64,000 nt of DNA from Flavobacteriaceae bacterium (GTDB lineage Bacteria > Bacteroidota > Bacteroidia > Flavobacteriales > Flavobacteriaceae), in the NCBI GenBank assembly GCA_024762795.1, contig JANTGS010000004.1, positions 4,114 through 68,113 on the forward strand, in the 5' to 3' direction. The notes under the pieces were generated by a model. It did no database searches. It saw nothing but the letters and a program-made list of their open reading frames with translations, and was not told the origin of the DNA. Every line of letters begins with the position of its first letter. The stretch's first letter is position 1. Below are positions 48,642 to 58,679 of this stretch, in pieces. A program made the translations under genes and the position numbers.

Positions 48642-51056
48642 TTAAGTGTTTTTTCTTTTTTCGGCAAAGAACCAACCGGCAATAATCAGGACCAGTAATG
48701 CGTAAGAAACCAGTGTAATTGTACTACCTGTTTGAATTACCTGTGGTTCAAATTTAAACTCAATGGCATGTTTTCCTTTAGGGATTACCATAGCACGCAA
48801 AACATAATCCACTCTGAAATGCGGACTTAATTTACCATCAACATAAGCATTCCAGCCGTCTTTATAATACATCTCTGAGAAAACGGCCAACTGATCTGTT
48901 TTACTGTTACTTTCATACACCAAATGATTGGGGCGGTATTGCTTTAAGAGAATACTTGCCGTACTATCCGCTTTAAAACTAAGATCTTGTAAGAAGGATT
49001 TAAATTCTTTGTTAACAACAGCAACATTTTTAGTATCCAGACTGTCAAGAGCTTTGATCTCTAAGTCGGCAGTATCTACATATTTTATATCTTTTACAAA
49101 CCAGGCATTTCCATTGGCATTCATATTTACCTGCATACCCGGCCTGTTTTCCTTGTCAGGGAAGATAAAGTATTTGGTATTGAGCATATTGAGCACCTGC
49201 ATATTATTCTTTCTAATCTGGTAATCAAACAATTCCTGATACCTTCTCGGCTTGGCTGCATGATAACCTCCAATAGAATTATGATAAAACGAAGTACTTC
49301 CGTCATTGAACGGATCCACCATAAAATTCATAACACGGTAATGACCTTTATCTTTTTGAATTTCAGCATTTAACTGCGATTTTGGAAATGGATTTTTCAG
49401 TTTCCTTTGGGTAATAAAATCATCATCATTTACATAACGTTTATCCACTTCTACAAGATCAAAGAGTACCAATATGGCCAATGCAATGAACACCAGATCC
49501 TTTTTGATCTTTCCTTTTACAAAGAACCAAAGCGGGGTTGCCGTTAAAAGTATCAGAATAAAAGAACGCAGACTATCTTTAAAGAAGATTGATTTACGAT
49601 CTTCTATTACGACTTCTCTTAACCCCTGAATCATTTTATTGAGGCCGCCATCTCTAAAACTCTCAAAGGCGAATAAACTTGTACCGGCAATGGTAAAGAA
49701 CAAGGTAATTCCTCCTGCTATAAAGAAACTTTTCTTTATAGCGTCCAGTTTAACCTCATCGATCATATCTTTATTGAATATTTCCTTAACAGCAAGAATT
49801 CCCAACAAAGGTGCTGCGAGCTCAGCAATGATCTGAATGGAGGAAACTGCCCTGAATTTATTGTACAAAGGCACATAATTGATAAAGAAATCCGTTAAAA
49901 ATTCAAAATTCTTTCCCCAGCTCAATAAAATTGAAAATACAGCTGCTGCCACAAGCCATTTTTTTAACTTATTATTTACCAGAAAGATTCCTAAAACAAA
50001 CAGAAAAAGAATGACTGCTCCAATATATGCCGGAGCTGCCACAATGGGCTGATTTCCCCAGTAAGTAGGGGCATTATTGGCAAATCCGAGTGCCTGCTTG
50101 GGCCCGGCTTTGTCTTTGAGAAATTTATAGATATGAGAATCCTTTCCTAATTTTTCACTGTTAGACCCTCCCATAAATCTTGGTATCAATAAATCGAAGG
50201 TTTCCAGTTTTCCGTAACTGTATTGTGTGATGTAATCTTTTGAAAGCCCTGTGGTTTGTTCTTTTGCTTTACCTTCCGGTGTGATGGTCAATTCACTTTT
50301 ACTGCGAGTACTGTGATCGGCATATTCCTTGGTAGCCATTAGCGAAGTGGCATTTACACCAACAGAAAGTATCATGGCAAAGAAAAGTATTCCTACAGCT
50401 TTAAAAAATTCAGGTAATTCTTTATCCTGTATGGCCTGAATAAGGAAAACAATCCCCATAATAAGTACCATAAACAGGAGGTAATAGGACATTTGAGGGT
50501 GACTCGCATTGATCTCGAGTGCCATAGCAATAGCCGTAAGCGTAAATCCTGAAAGGTATTTCTTTCTATAGACCATTAATATTCCTGCCAAAACCAGGGG
50601 CATATAAGCTATGGCATGGGCTTTTGCATTGTGCCCTACCCCAAGTATTATGATCAGATAGGTAGAAAAACCAAAGGCCAGAGAACCGATTATTGCCAGT
50701 TTCCAATCGGTTTTCAGGCTTATTAACAGCACAAAGAATCCGATAAAATACAAAAAAAGATAATCGGCAGGGCGAGGTAGAAACCGCATCAAGCTGTCCA
50801 GTTTTTTTATGTAATCATGCGGATAATAAGCACTTAACTGGTATGCGGGCATCCCTCCAAAGGCCCTATCGGTCCAGTAGGCCTCCTCTCCTGTTTGTGT
50901 CCGGAAATCTCTGATCTCTTTTGACATACCTCTAAACTGGGCAATATCACTCTGGAATAAACTTTTTCCTTCCAGAACGGGAGAAAAATAAGCCAGGGAA
51001 ACAACGATGAAAGAAAGTATGGCTATCAGATAAGGTAGAATTATTTTAAATTTCAT
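48642..51056 (-). CDS. YfhO-family polytopic membrane protein (GT-C-like)
   Basis: 804 aa. ~13 TM segments in the N-terminal two-thirds, a large C-terminal extracytoplasmic domain, and a final TM. N-terminal FSPVLEGKSLFQSDI is typical of YfhO. Confidence 0.7.
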   Translation of the reverse strand: MKFKIILPYLIAILSFIVVSLAYFSPVLEGKSLFQSDIAQFRGMSKEIRDFRTQTGEEAYWTDRAFGGMPAYQLSAYYPHDYIKKLDSLMRFLPRPADYLFLYFIGFFVLLISLKTDWKLAIIGSLAFGFSTYLIIILGVGHNAKAHAIAYMPLVLAGILMVYRKKYLSGFTLTAIAMALEINASHPQMSYYLLFMVLIMGIVFLIQAIQDKELPEFFKAVGILFFAMILSVGVNATSLMATKEYADHSTRSKSELTITPEGKAKEQTTGLSKDYITQYSYGKLETFDLLIPRFMGGSNSEKLGKDSHIYKFLKDKAGPKQALGFANNAPTYWGNQPIVAAPAYIGAVILFLFVLGIFLVNNKLKKWLVAAAVFSILLSWGKNFEFLTDFFINYVPLYNKFRAVSSIQIIAELAAPLLGILAVKEIFNKDMIDEVKLDAIKKSFFIAGGITLFFTIAGTSLFAFESFRDGGLNKMIQGLREVVIEDRKSIFFKDSLRSFILILLTATPLWFFVKGKIKKDLVFIALAILVLFDLVEVDKRYVNDDDFITQRKLKNPFPKSQLNAEIQKDKGHYRVMNFMVDPFNDGSTSFYHNSIGGYHAAKPRRYQELFDYQIRKNNMQVLNMLNTKYFIFPDKENRPGMQVNMNANGNAWFVKDIKYVDTADLEIKALDSLDTKNVAVVNKEFKSFLQDLSFKADSTASILLKQYRPNHLVYESNSKTDQLAVFSEMYYKDGWNAYVDGKLSPHFRVDYVLRAMVIPKGKHAIEFKFEPQVIQTGSTITLVSYALLVLIIAGWFFAEKRKNT

Positions 51057-51091
51057 CTGTTGTTTTTTAGTTTTTTAATATTAAAATCACT

Positions 51092-51367
51092 TTAATCATC
51101 AACTTCTTCATAATCTACATACTCACCCACATTATTATCTTTTCCTCCATGAGTTCTGGGAGCTTTATCAATAGTTGTCTCTCCTATATTTACATTTCTG
51201 TCGGGCTCATGATATCCTTGCTGTTCTTTTACTTTCTTTTCCATATTCTTCATTAATTTATTAAAGAAAACGGGAAATAAATATCTCCCAACAAACTTTA
51301 CTGCATAATAAATTAAAAGGATTATGAAAATAGTACGTAAAAGTCCTGTAAATGATGCTTCCTGCAT
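51092..51367 (-). CDS. DUF4834-like small membrane protein
   Basis: 91 aa. One TM (LLRTIFIILLIYYAVKFV) and an acidic C-terminus DYEEVDD. Confidence 0.5.
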   Translation of the reverse strand: MQEASFTGLLRTIFIILLIYYAVKFVGRYLFPVFFNKLMKNMEKKVKEQQGYHEPDRNVNIGETTIDKAPRTHGGKDNNVGEYVDYEEVDD

Positions 51368-51462
51368 ATTTTTTTAATTTTAAATTCAAAAATAACAATT
51401 TGCAGATAACTTGTGCGTTTATATAATGAAAATCTTAATTTTGACTAAATTATTCGAATAAA

Positions 51463-52779
51463 ATGCGCCAATATTTTAAGTTTATCCCTTTTCTGTTTTT
51501 TTTTCAAATAGGATGGGCCCAATATACCGAGGTAATCAACTCCAGACGACCCGGCTTTTCTGATAGTCCGTACAGTCTTGGAACGGGTGTATACCAGGTG
51601 GAAGGCGGACTTTTTTATAAAAATATCGGTAATTACCTGAATTATTATTTTCTGGATGGAGACAGTAATATTTCAAACAATTACAGCTCAACATCCATAG
51701 GATCTGATATTTTTTTAAGATCCGGATTGTTTTTTGAAAGGCTCGAACTTAATATCGATATGTCGGTAAGACATGAAAACCGTGATGTAATTTTAAAATT
51801 AACTGATAAGTTAAATGATAAGACTTACAGTTCAAGCTTTAACACTTCATCTTTTGGGTTAAACAAGTTTAATGTAGGTGCAAAATTCATGGTATACAAA
51901 CCTACTTATACTGATAAATCTAAAGAGATCAGAAGCTGGAAAGCACGGCATAGCTTTGATTTTAAAAGATTAATACCGGCCGTTGCTGTTTACGCAGGAA
52001 TCAATACCAATATGATTCTTGATGACCTTTACAAAGATGCTTATGTGCAAGGTTTTGTACAAGATTATAACAATAATGAGCTTACAACGGGGGACGGACC
52101 TCTTAATATTCCTGAGATCAATTCAAATATTGGTGCCCGTTTTGCCATTTTTACACAAAATGACCTATCAGACCAATGGATTTTGCTTACCAATTTTATT
52201 GCCGAGCAGGTCTTTACCGATTATATGGAAGGCTCCTTTATCATGACCACAACTTATACTTTTTTAGATAAACGCTGGTCGGTCTTTGGTGAAGGCCAAT
52301 TATTTTACAGAACACAGAATGGTGTTCCCAATGATTATCAATTTGGCGCCGGGCTAGTATATCTTTTAAACAAAAATATACAAATAGATCTGGCCGGTAG
52401 AATGATCTTAGATGAAAGAGGAGATAACACCTACCAGATCAATTCAGGGGTTTCCTGGCGAATGGACAAACATCACGATAAGTTTATTACCAAAAGTGCA
52501 GATAACAGTAAGATAACCATACCTAAGGAAGAAAGAAGTTTCTTCGATAAGATTACTTTCGGACTTTTTGCAGGAAATACAGCTTCTAAAAAAGTAAAAA
52601 ATCCTGACAAGGTAAAAACAGTTAAGGCCAAACAACGTAATCTGGAACCTCCAGTAAACAAGAAAGCACAAAAAGCCAAAAAGAAGAAAAACAAACATCT
52701 TATCAAAGAGCAAAAGAGGAAAGAAAAAGCAGAAAAAAAATACTATAAAAAGAAGAAAAAGACTGGAGATCAAAACTAA
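51463..52779 (+). CDS. Putative outer-membrane beta-barrel protein with polybasic C-terminal tail
   Basis: Signal MRQYFKFIPFLFFFQIGWAQ, alternating amphipathic strands, and a final ~100 aa that are extremely Lys-rich. Confidence 0.5.
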   Translation: MRQYFKFIPFLFFFQIGWAQYTEVINSRRPGFSDSPYSLGTGVYQVEGGLFYKNIGNYLNYYFLDGDSNISNNYSSTSIGSDIFLRSGLFFERLELNIDMSVRHENRDVILKLTDKLNDKTYSSSFNTSSFGLNKFNVGAKFMVYKPTYTDKSKEIRSWKARHSFDFKRLIPAVAVYAGINTNMILDDLYKDAYVQGFVQDYNNNELTTGDGPLNIPEINSNIGARFAIFTQNDLSDQWILLTNFIAEQVFTDYMEGSFIMTTTYTFLDKRWSVFGEGQLFYRTQNGVPNDYQFGAGLVYLLNKNIQIDLAGRMILDERGDNTYQINSGVSWRMDKHHDKFITKSADNSKITIPKEERSFFDKITFGLFAGNTASKKVKNPDKVKTVKAKQRNLEPPVNKKAQKAKKKKNKHLIKEQKRKEKAEKKYYKKKKKTGDQN

Positions 52780-52797
52780 AAATAGTATTTTTGGCCA

Positions 52798-53922
52798 ATG
52801 GTCACAATAAAAGAAATTTCATCAAAGAAAGATATTACCCAATTTGTAAAATTTCCTTTTAAACTCTATAAAGATAATCCTTATTGGGTACCTTCTCTTA
52901 TCAAAGACGAAGTAGATAGTTTTGATAAGAATAAGAATCCTGTTTTTGAACATGCCGAAGCCCGTTTCTTTCTCGCCTACAAAGGACATGAAATTGTTGG
53001 AAGAGTTATTGCTATCATCAACTGGTTTGAGGTTAACGACCAGAAAATCAAAAAAATGCGTTTTGGATGGTTTGATTTTATCGATGATATTGAAGTTTCA
53101 AAAGCACTACTCGAGAAAGTTTATGAAATTGGCAAATCACATCAGCTTGAATATATTGAAGGTCCGGTAGGTTTTTCAAACCTCGACAAAGTGGGTGTAC
53201 TTACCAAAGGTTTTGATCATTTAGGCACTATGATCTCCTGGTATAATTTTCCGTATTATATAGATCATCTCGAAGAACTGGGGTATCGCAAAGAAAAGAA
53301 TTTTGACGAATCCTATTTTTCAGTAAAAGATGTTGATATTACCAATTACAGAAAAACAGCTCAACTGGTTCAGGAGCGTTATAAAATAAAACCTCTTAAT
53401 TTTACAAGATCGAAAGATATTTTCCCTTATGTGGATGAAATGTTTGATGTTTTTGACAAGACCTATTCAAAATTATCGTCTTTTGTGCCGATCTCCGATA
53501 AACAAAAAGCCTTTTTTAAAAAGAAATTTATTGGCCTGATCAATCCTGAATATATCAAATTTGTTATGAATGAAGAAGGTAAAATGGTTGCTTTTGCCAT
53601 CACTTTACCCTCATTTGCAAAGGCTCTGCAAAAGGCTAACGGAAAATTATTTCCCTTTGGATTCTGGCATCTCTTACAAGCCAGAAAGAACAGTAAGGAA
53701 GTTCTATTTTACCTTATCGGAATCTTACCAGAATATAAGAGAAAAGGTCCGGCAGCGATCATCCTGAATGAGTTTCACAAAACCTATCATGAACGGGGAA
53801 TTGAAATTGCCTACCGCTCGGCCGAACTGGAAGACAATACCGAAATACATCTGCTCTGGAAAAATTTCAATCCAGTCTATCATAAAAAAAGAAGCACTTA
53901 CAGAAAGGATATCAAATACTAA
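52798..53922 (+). CDS. GNAT-fold acyltransferase-like protein, unknown substrate
   Basis: 374 aa. N-terminal FVKFPFKLYKDNPYWVPSL and C-terminal IGILPEYKRKGPAAIILNE (GNAT motif-A-like). Confidence 0.45.
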   Translation: MVTIKEISSKKDITQFVKFPFKLYKDNPYWVPSLIKDEVDSFDKNKNPVFEHAEARFFLAYKGHEIVGRVIAIINWFEVNDQKIKKMRFGWFDFIDDIEVSKALLEKVYEIGKSHQLEYIEGPVGFSNLDKVGVLTKGFDHLGTMISWYNFPYYIDHLEELGYRKEKNFDESYFSVKDVDITNYRKTAQLVQERYKIKPLNFTRSKDIFPYVDEMFDVFDKTYSKLSSFVPISDKQKAFFKKKFIGLINPEYIKFVMNEEGKMVAFAITLPSFAKALQKANGKLFPFGFWHLLQARKNSKEVLFYLIGILPEYKRKGPAAIILNEFHKTYHERGIEIAYRSAELEDNTEIHLLWKNFNPVYHKKRSTYRKDIKY

Positions 53923-53936
53923 AACTTCTTTTCCTC

Positions 53937-54644
53937 ATGCAACTGTTCTATAACAAAAATATCGATAAGGATACCGGACTGCTCACTTTCAGCAAGGGAG
54001 AAAGCAGGCATATTATAAGGGTTCTGAGAAAAAAAGAAGGAGATAAGATCTTTATTACCAATGGAAAAGGCCAATTATTTACCACTCAAATTATCAATGC
54101 CAGTGATAAAAAATGCAGCGTAGAGATCTTAGGTTCAGAAAAAAAAGAAAAACCATGGGATTACTATTTGCATATCGCAATTGCCCCTACCAAAAATAAT
54201 GACCGCCTGGAATGGTTCCTTGAAAAGGCTACCGAGATCGGTATTGACGAGATTACGCCAATCCTGTGTGATAATTCAGAAAGAAAAGTGATCAAAGAAG
54301 AACGTTTACAAAAAGTACTTATCTCCTCTGTAAAACAATCATTAAAATACCAATTGCCAAAACTTAATCCGCTTACAAAATTCAATGACCTTCTCTTAAA
54401 GGATTTTAAAGGTAAAAAACTCATTGCCTACTGCGAATATACACAAAAGAATAACCTTAAAGATCTGGTAAAACCTCAGGAAAATATACTTGTATTGATT
54501 GGTCCGGAAGGTGACTTTTCAAACAAAGAGATCAACAAGGCTTTGCAACATAAATATATTCCTTTATCTTTGGGTGAAAGTAGACTAAGAACTGAAACTG
54601 CCGGTATTGTGGTTTGTAATTCAGTTTCTTTAATCAATTCTTAA
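53937..54644 (+). CDS. rsmE: 16S rRNA (uracil1498-N3)-methyltransferase
   Basis: GESRHIIRVLRKKEGDKI PUA-like N-terminus and LIGPEGDFS..E SPOUT knot motif; 235 aa. Confidence 0.85.
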   Translation: MQLFYNKNIDKDTGLLTFSKGESRHIIRVLRKKEGDKIFITNGKGQLFTTQIINASDKKCSVEILGSEKKEKPWDYYLHIAIAPTKNNDRLEWFLEKATEIGIDEITPILCDNSERKVIKEERLQKVLISSVKQSLKYQLPKLNPLTKFNDLLLKDFKGKKLIAYCEYTQKNNLKDLVKPQENILVLIGPEGDFSNKEINKALQHKYIPLSLGESRLRTETAGIVVCNSVSLINS

Positions 54645-54646
54645 TT

Positions 54647-55333
54647 ATGTTGCACCTGTTTGCTTCCTTTTTACTGAAAAATTCAAAGAACAGATCTGTT
54701 AATTTTCTTCTTTTAACAGTAATCATTACTACCTTTCATATTGAGGCTCAAAATGTTGCCATTTTAAAATATGAAGGAGGGGGCGACTGGTATGCTAATC
54801 CCACCTCAGTACCAAATCTGATCCGTTTTAGTAATGAACATAATAACACGCATATATTTGAAAAACCAAAGACCGTCACGGCCGGAAGCAGAGAGATCTT
54901 TTCCTATCCGATTATCTTTATGACTGGGCACGGAAATGTGTTTTTTGATGAGATCAATGCTGAAAACCTTGCAAATTATCTAAAATCAGGTGGTTTTTTA
55001 CATATTTCTGATAATTATGGGATAGACAAATATATCAGACGAGAAATGAAAAAGGTTTTCCCGGATCTCGACTTCAGGGAAGTTCCCTTAGATCATCCCA
55101 TTTATCATCAAAAATACAATTTTAAAGAACTTCCCAAAATTCATGAACACGACAACAAACCCGCTCAGGGGTTTGGATTGTTCTATCAGGGACGCCTTAT
55201 TTGTTTTTACGATTATCAGTGTGATCTGAGCGATGGCTGGGAAGATAAAACAGTTCATCATGATCCTGATGAGATCAGATTAAAAGCCCTGCAAATGGGT
55301 GCCAATATTATTTCTTATGCTTTTAAAAATTAA
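54647..55333 (+). CDS. DUF4159-like protein
   Basis: ILKYEGGGDWYANPTSVPNL and IIFMTGHGNVFF motifs recalled from DUF4159. Confidence 0.55.
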   Translation: MLHLFASFLLKNSKNRSVNFLLLTVIITTFHIEAQNVAILKYEGGGDWYANPTSVPNLIRFSNEHNNTHIFEKPKTVTAGSREIFSYPIIFMTGHGNVFFDEINAENLANYLKSGGFLHISDNYGIDKYIRREMKKVFPDLDFREVPLDHPIYHQKYNFKELPKIHEHDNKPAQGFGLFYQGRLICFYDYQCDLSDGWEDKTVHHDPDEIRLKALQMGANIISYAFKN

Positions 55334-55340
55334 TTGATCT

Positions 55341-56267
55341 ATGCAAAACCTTACCCCTCACGAAATTGATCAAATAAAAATACATTTTAATGCTGACAAC
55401 CTGTGGATCGTCAATATTTCTCTGGCTCTGGTTATGTTTGGTGTCGCTCTTGACATCAAGGTAAGTGATTTTACCAATCTGTTAAAGAGCCCTAAACCAC
55501 TGATTGTTGGCATTGTATCTCAATTTTTTTTAATTCCTTTAGTTACTTACATTATAGTAATTACCATCAATCCGATTCCAAGTATTGCTTTAGGCCTCTT
55601 TATGGTTGCCGCTTGTCCGGGAGGGAATATTTCAAATTTTTTATCAAAATTATCAGGAGGGAATTCGGCATTGTCGGTTAGCCTGACAGCTTTCGCCACA
55701 TTGTTCGCTTTGATCATGACCCCTTTAAATTTTTCCGTATGGAGTAATTTCTATCCTCCAACCTCAAAGATCCTTCAGGAAGTCTCACTTAATCCCACAG
55801 ATGTAGCAAAACTGGTGGTCATGATATTGGGCATACCTCTTATAGCAGGAATGATTGTAAATTATTATTTCCCTGCTTTTTCAGTAAAATCTTCAAACAT
55901 TCTTAAACCCATATCCATAATAATCTTCACAATATTTATAGCTGTTGCCTTTTACAATAATCTCGATGTTTTTTTAAATCACATACATTATGTATTGATT
56001 TTAGTGATTGCTCACAATATAATTCTAATGATTACGGGGTATTATGCAGCTAAATTTTCCGGTTTATCAAAAGTTAACCAAAAAACACTTACATTTGAAA
56101 CCGGAGTTCAGAACTCCGGACTGGGACTCCTGCTGGTCTTTTCATTTTTTAATACGCTTGGAGGTATGGCCATTCTCGTTGCTTTCTGGGCCGTTTGGGA
56201 TATGTTCTCAGGATTAATTTTGGCCTCATACTGGTCTTATAAACTTAAAAAAGCAAATTCAATATGA
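55341..56267 (+). CDS. Bile acid:sodium symporter (BASS) family transporter
   Basis: ~9 TM segments. CPGGNISN and ETGVQNSGLGL motifs. Confidence 0.8.
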   Translation: MQNLTPHEIDQIKIHFNADNLWIVNISLALVMFGVALDIKVSDFTNLLKSPKPLIVGIVSQFFLIPLVTYIIVITINPIPSIALGLFMVAACPGGNISNFLSKLSGGNSALSVSLTAFATLFALIMTPLNFSVWSNFYPPTSKILQEVSLNPTDVAKLVVMILGIPLIAGMIVNYYFPAFSVKSSNILKPISIIIFTIFIAVAFYNNLDVFLNHIHYVLILVIAHNIILMITGYYAAKFSGLSKVNQKTLTFETGVQNSGLGLLLVFSFFNTLGGMAILVAFWAVWDMFSGLILASYWSYKLKKANSI

Positions 56268-57292
56268 AACGGCTTTGGTATTATTTTGTAAAATATTATA
56301 TGAGGATCGGTTTTACTTTTTATTATAAAAAAGTGATTAAGACCAATATTGAGAATGTTCCAAGATCAAAACCTATTCTTTTTGTTTCGAACCACCAGAA
56401 CGCATTGATCGACCCTCTTCTTATAGGTGCTTATACACCCAGAGAAATGTATTATCTTACCCGTGCACAGGTTTTTAATAATCATTTTATTGCAAAAATC
56501 TTATATTCGGTCAATATGCTCCCCATCTACAGGATCAGAGACGGATATACGGAGCTTAATAAAAATGCCGCTATTTTTGAAAAATGTTTCGAGATCATAC
56601 ACGATGAAAAAGCAATCCTTATCTTTCCGGAAGGAAATCATAATTTACAGAGAAGAGTAAGGTCTCTAAGCAAAGGCTTTACCCGGATTGTTTACGGATC
56701 CTTAGATAAATATCCCAACAACGAATTGGTAATAATTCCTGTAGGTATGAATTATTCCGATCCAACAGGATATCCCTCTGAGGTAAACCTGGTTTATGGT
56801 AAACCTATTTCTGTAAAGAACTACTGGAATGATCTGCCTGAGAATGATGCCATTCAGGTTTTAAGTGATGAAGTGAGCGAGGCCTTAAAAAAATTAACCA
56901 CTCATATTGAAAATTCAAAAGATCACGATAAGATCGTCAGTCACTTTAAAAAAGATGATTTCCTGGATCCTATTCAAGTTAATAAAAAACTAAAGACCCT
57001 TGACCTCGATCAACCCTTACCCAAAACTGCAAAAAAGAAGAATAGTTTTTTATATTCATTGATAAAAATAAACAGTTTTATTCCATTTATGATCTGGAAT
57101 AAGATCAAACCGAACATCGAAGAAAGAGAATTTATTTCAACCTTTAAATACACGGTAGCTATTACAGCTTATCCAATTTTTTACCTGTTACAAAGTATTC
57201 TGATTGGTTATCTGACCAACTATAAAATAGGAATTATCTATTTTATTATCAGCGCTATGCTGGTTTATATTCATACCAAGACCTCAAAATAA
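56264..57292 (+). CDS. PlsC-family acyltransferase with C-terminal membrane domain
   Basis: SNHQNALIDP (HX4D) and FPEGNH motifs. 4-nt overlap with the upstream gene. Confidence 0.75.
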   Translation: MKRLWYYFVKYYMRIGFTFYYKKVIKTNIENVPRSKPILFVSNHQNALIDPLLIGAYTPREMYYLTRAQVFNNHFIAKILYSVNMLPIYRIRDGYTELNKNAAIFEKCFEIIHDEKAILIFPEGNHNLQRRVRSLSKGFTRIVYGSLDKYPNNELVIIPVGMNYSDPTGYPSEVNLVYGKPISVKNYWNDLPENDAIQVLSDEVSEALKKLTTHIENSKDHDKIVSHFKKDDFLDPIQVNKKLKTLDLDQPLPKTAKKKNSFLYSLIKINSFIPFMIWNKIKPNIEEREFISTFKYTVAITAYPIFYLLQSILIGYLTNYKIGIIYFIISAMLVYIHTKTSK

Positions 57293-57323
57293 GGTATTTG
57301 TAATACCAACCGGGAAATCTCAT

Positions 57324-58631
57324 TTAATCTCCCTTTTTTCCAAAATCAGGATCAATAAATACAAACTTATAGAGAATAACCATAGGAAGCATACATAGCA
57401 ACACCCAAAGGAAAAAATTACTATAACCCATCATTTCCTGTAACCAGCCACTGATCATCCCCGGAAGTGTCATTCCCAGAGCCATAAATCCGGTAGTAAA
57501 AGCAAAGTGAGCTGTTTTATATTTACCACTGTTACGTGCAATATAGATCATATACATCATATAAGCCGTAAACCCGAAACCATATCCGAATTGTTCCAGT
57601 GCGATAGCTCCACCAATCAGAAAATTTGATTGCGGTGTAAAATAGGCCAGCAAAAAATACATACTGTTTGGTATATTAATAGCCAGAATCATAGGAAAGA
57701 ACCACTTTTTTAAACCATCTCTTGAAACGATCACACCTCCCAGTATTCCTCCTACCGTTAACATGATTACACCAATTGTACCATAAAAAATACCTACTTT
57801 TTCATTGGTTAATGCAAGTCCGCCATTGGCAATATCATCAAACAAAAAGGGTTGAGCTATTTTTACTAATTGAGCTTCACCCAGCCGGAATAACAACAAC
57901 ACAGAAATATGAATTCCTATATTATCGATCTTAAAGAAAGTAATAAAAGTTTTATAAAAATCCTCAAAAACAGTTTTTAAAGAAACATCCGAGTTAGATT
58001 GTTCGATTCTGGGGAGGCTCCAGATATGATAAATCCCTGCCAGAATCAAATAGACCGACACGCCGGCAAAAACCATTGTCCAGGCATTAAAATAATTACC
58101 GCCGTTATGATGATACAAATAACCCGATAACCAAACAAGCCCCCCCTGACCGGCAATCATGGCTACCCGGTAAAAAGAAGAGCGAATTCCCACATAAAAA
58201 GATTGCTTTTCTTCGGTTAGGGCGTCCATATAAATACCATCTGCAGCAATATCATGCGTTGCAGAACTGAACGCCACAAGTGCAAGTCCGGAAAGAGTCA
58301 GGGCAATAAAACTATCACTTTGAATAAAATAAGCCACTAAAGCAAAGGCAGCCCCCATTATCAATTGCGTGGTAAAGATCCACCAGCGTTTGGTTTTTAA
58401 GGCCACTACTATGGGACTCCAAACAGGTTTAATTACCCATGGAATATTCAAATAACTGGTGTAAAGTGCTATCTGGGTGTTTGAAAGTCCCAGATTCGCA
58501 TACATTGCAACTGAAACACTCATCACAACGATATAGGGAATTCCCATTGTAAAATACAAAGAAGGGATCCATGCCCAGATAGAAGATTCTTTTGGGGCTG
58601 TTTTCATCGGATTCTCATTTTTATCAGTCAT
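57324..58631 (-). CDS. ampG: AmpG-family MFS permease (muropeptide-type)
   Basis: 12+ TM segments. NIPWVIKPVWSPIV motif typical of the AmpG/PAT family. Confidence 0.7.
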   Translation of the reverse strand: MTDKNENPMKTAPKESSIWAWIPSLYFTMGIPYIVVMSVSVAMYANLGLSNTQIALYTSYLNIPWVIKPVWSPIVVALKTKRWWIFTTQLIMGAAFALVAYFIQSDSFIALTLSGLALVAFSSATHDIAADGIYMDALTEEKQSFYVGIRSSFYRVAMIAGQGGLVWLSGYLYHHNGGNYFNAWTMVFAGVSVYLILAGIYHIWSLPRIEQSNSDVSLKTVFEDFYKTFITFFKIDNIGIHISVLLLFRLGEAQLVKIAQPFLFDDIANGGLALTNEKVGIFYGTIGVIMLTVGGILGGVIVSRDGLKKWFFPMILAINIPNSMYFLLAYFTPQSNFLIGGAIALEQFGYGFGFTAYMMYMIYIARNSGKYKTAHFAFTTGFMALGMTLPGMISGWLQEMMGYSNFFLWVLLCMLPMVILYKFVFIDPDFGKKGD

Positions 58632-58679
58632 ATTCTAATTGGTTTTATCTCTCATAGTTACAAGTTATTTCTTAAATAA

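Noticed and set aside
52444-52773. Two minus-strand ORFs (109 and 77 aa) rich in Phe and Leu.
   Set aside because: They are antisense to the Lys-rich (AAA/AAG) tail of the outer-membrane protein gene, which automatically yields open Phe/Leu-rich frames.
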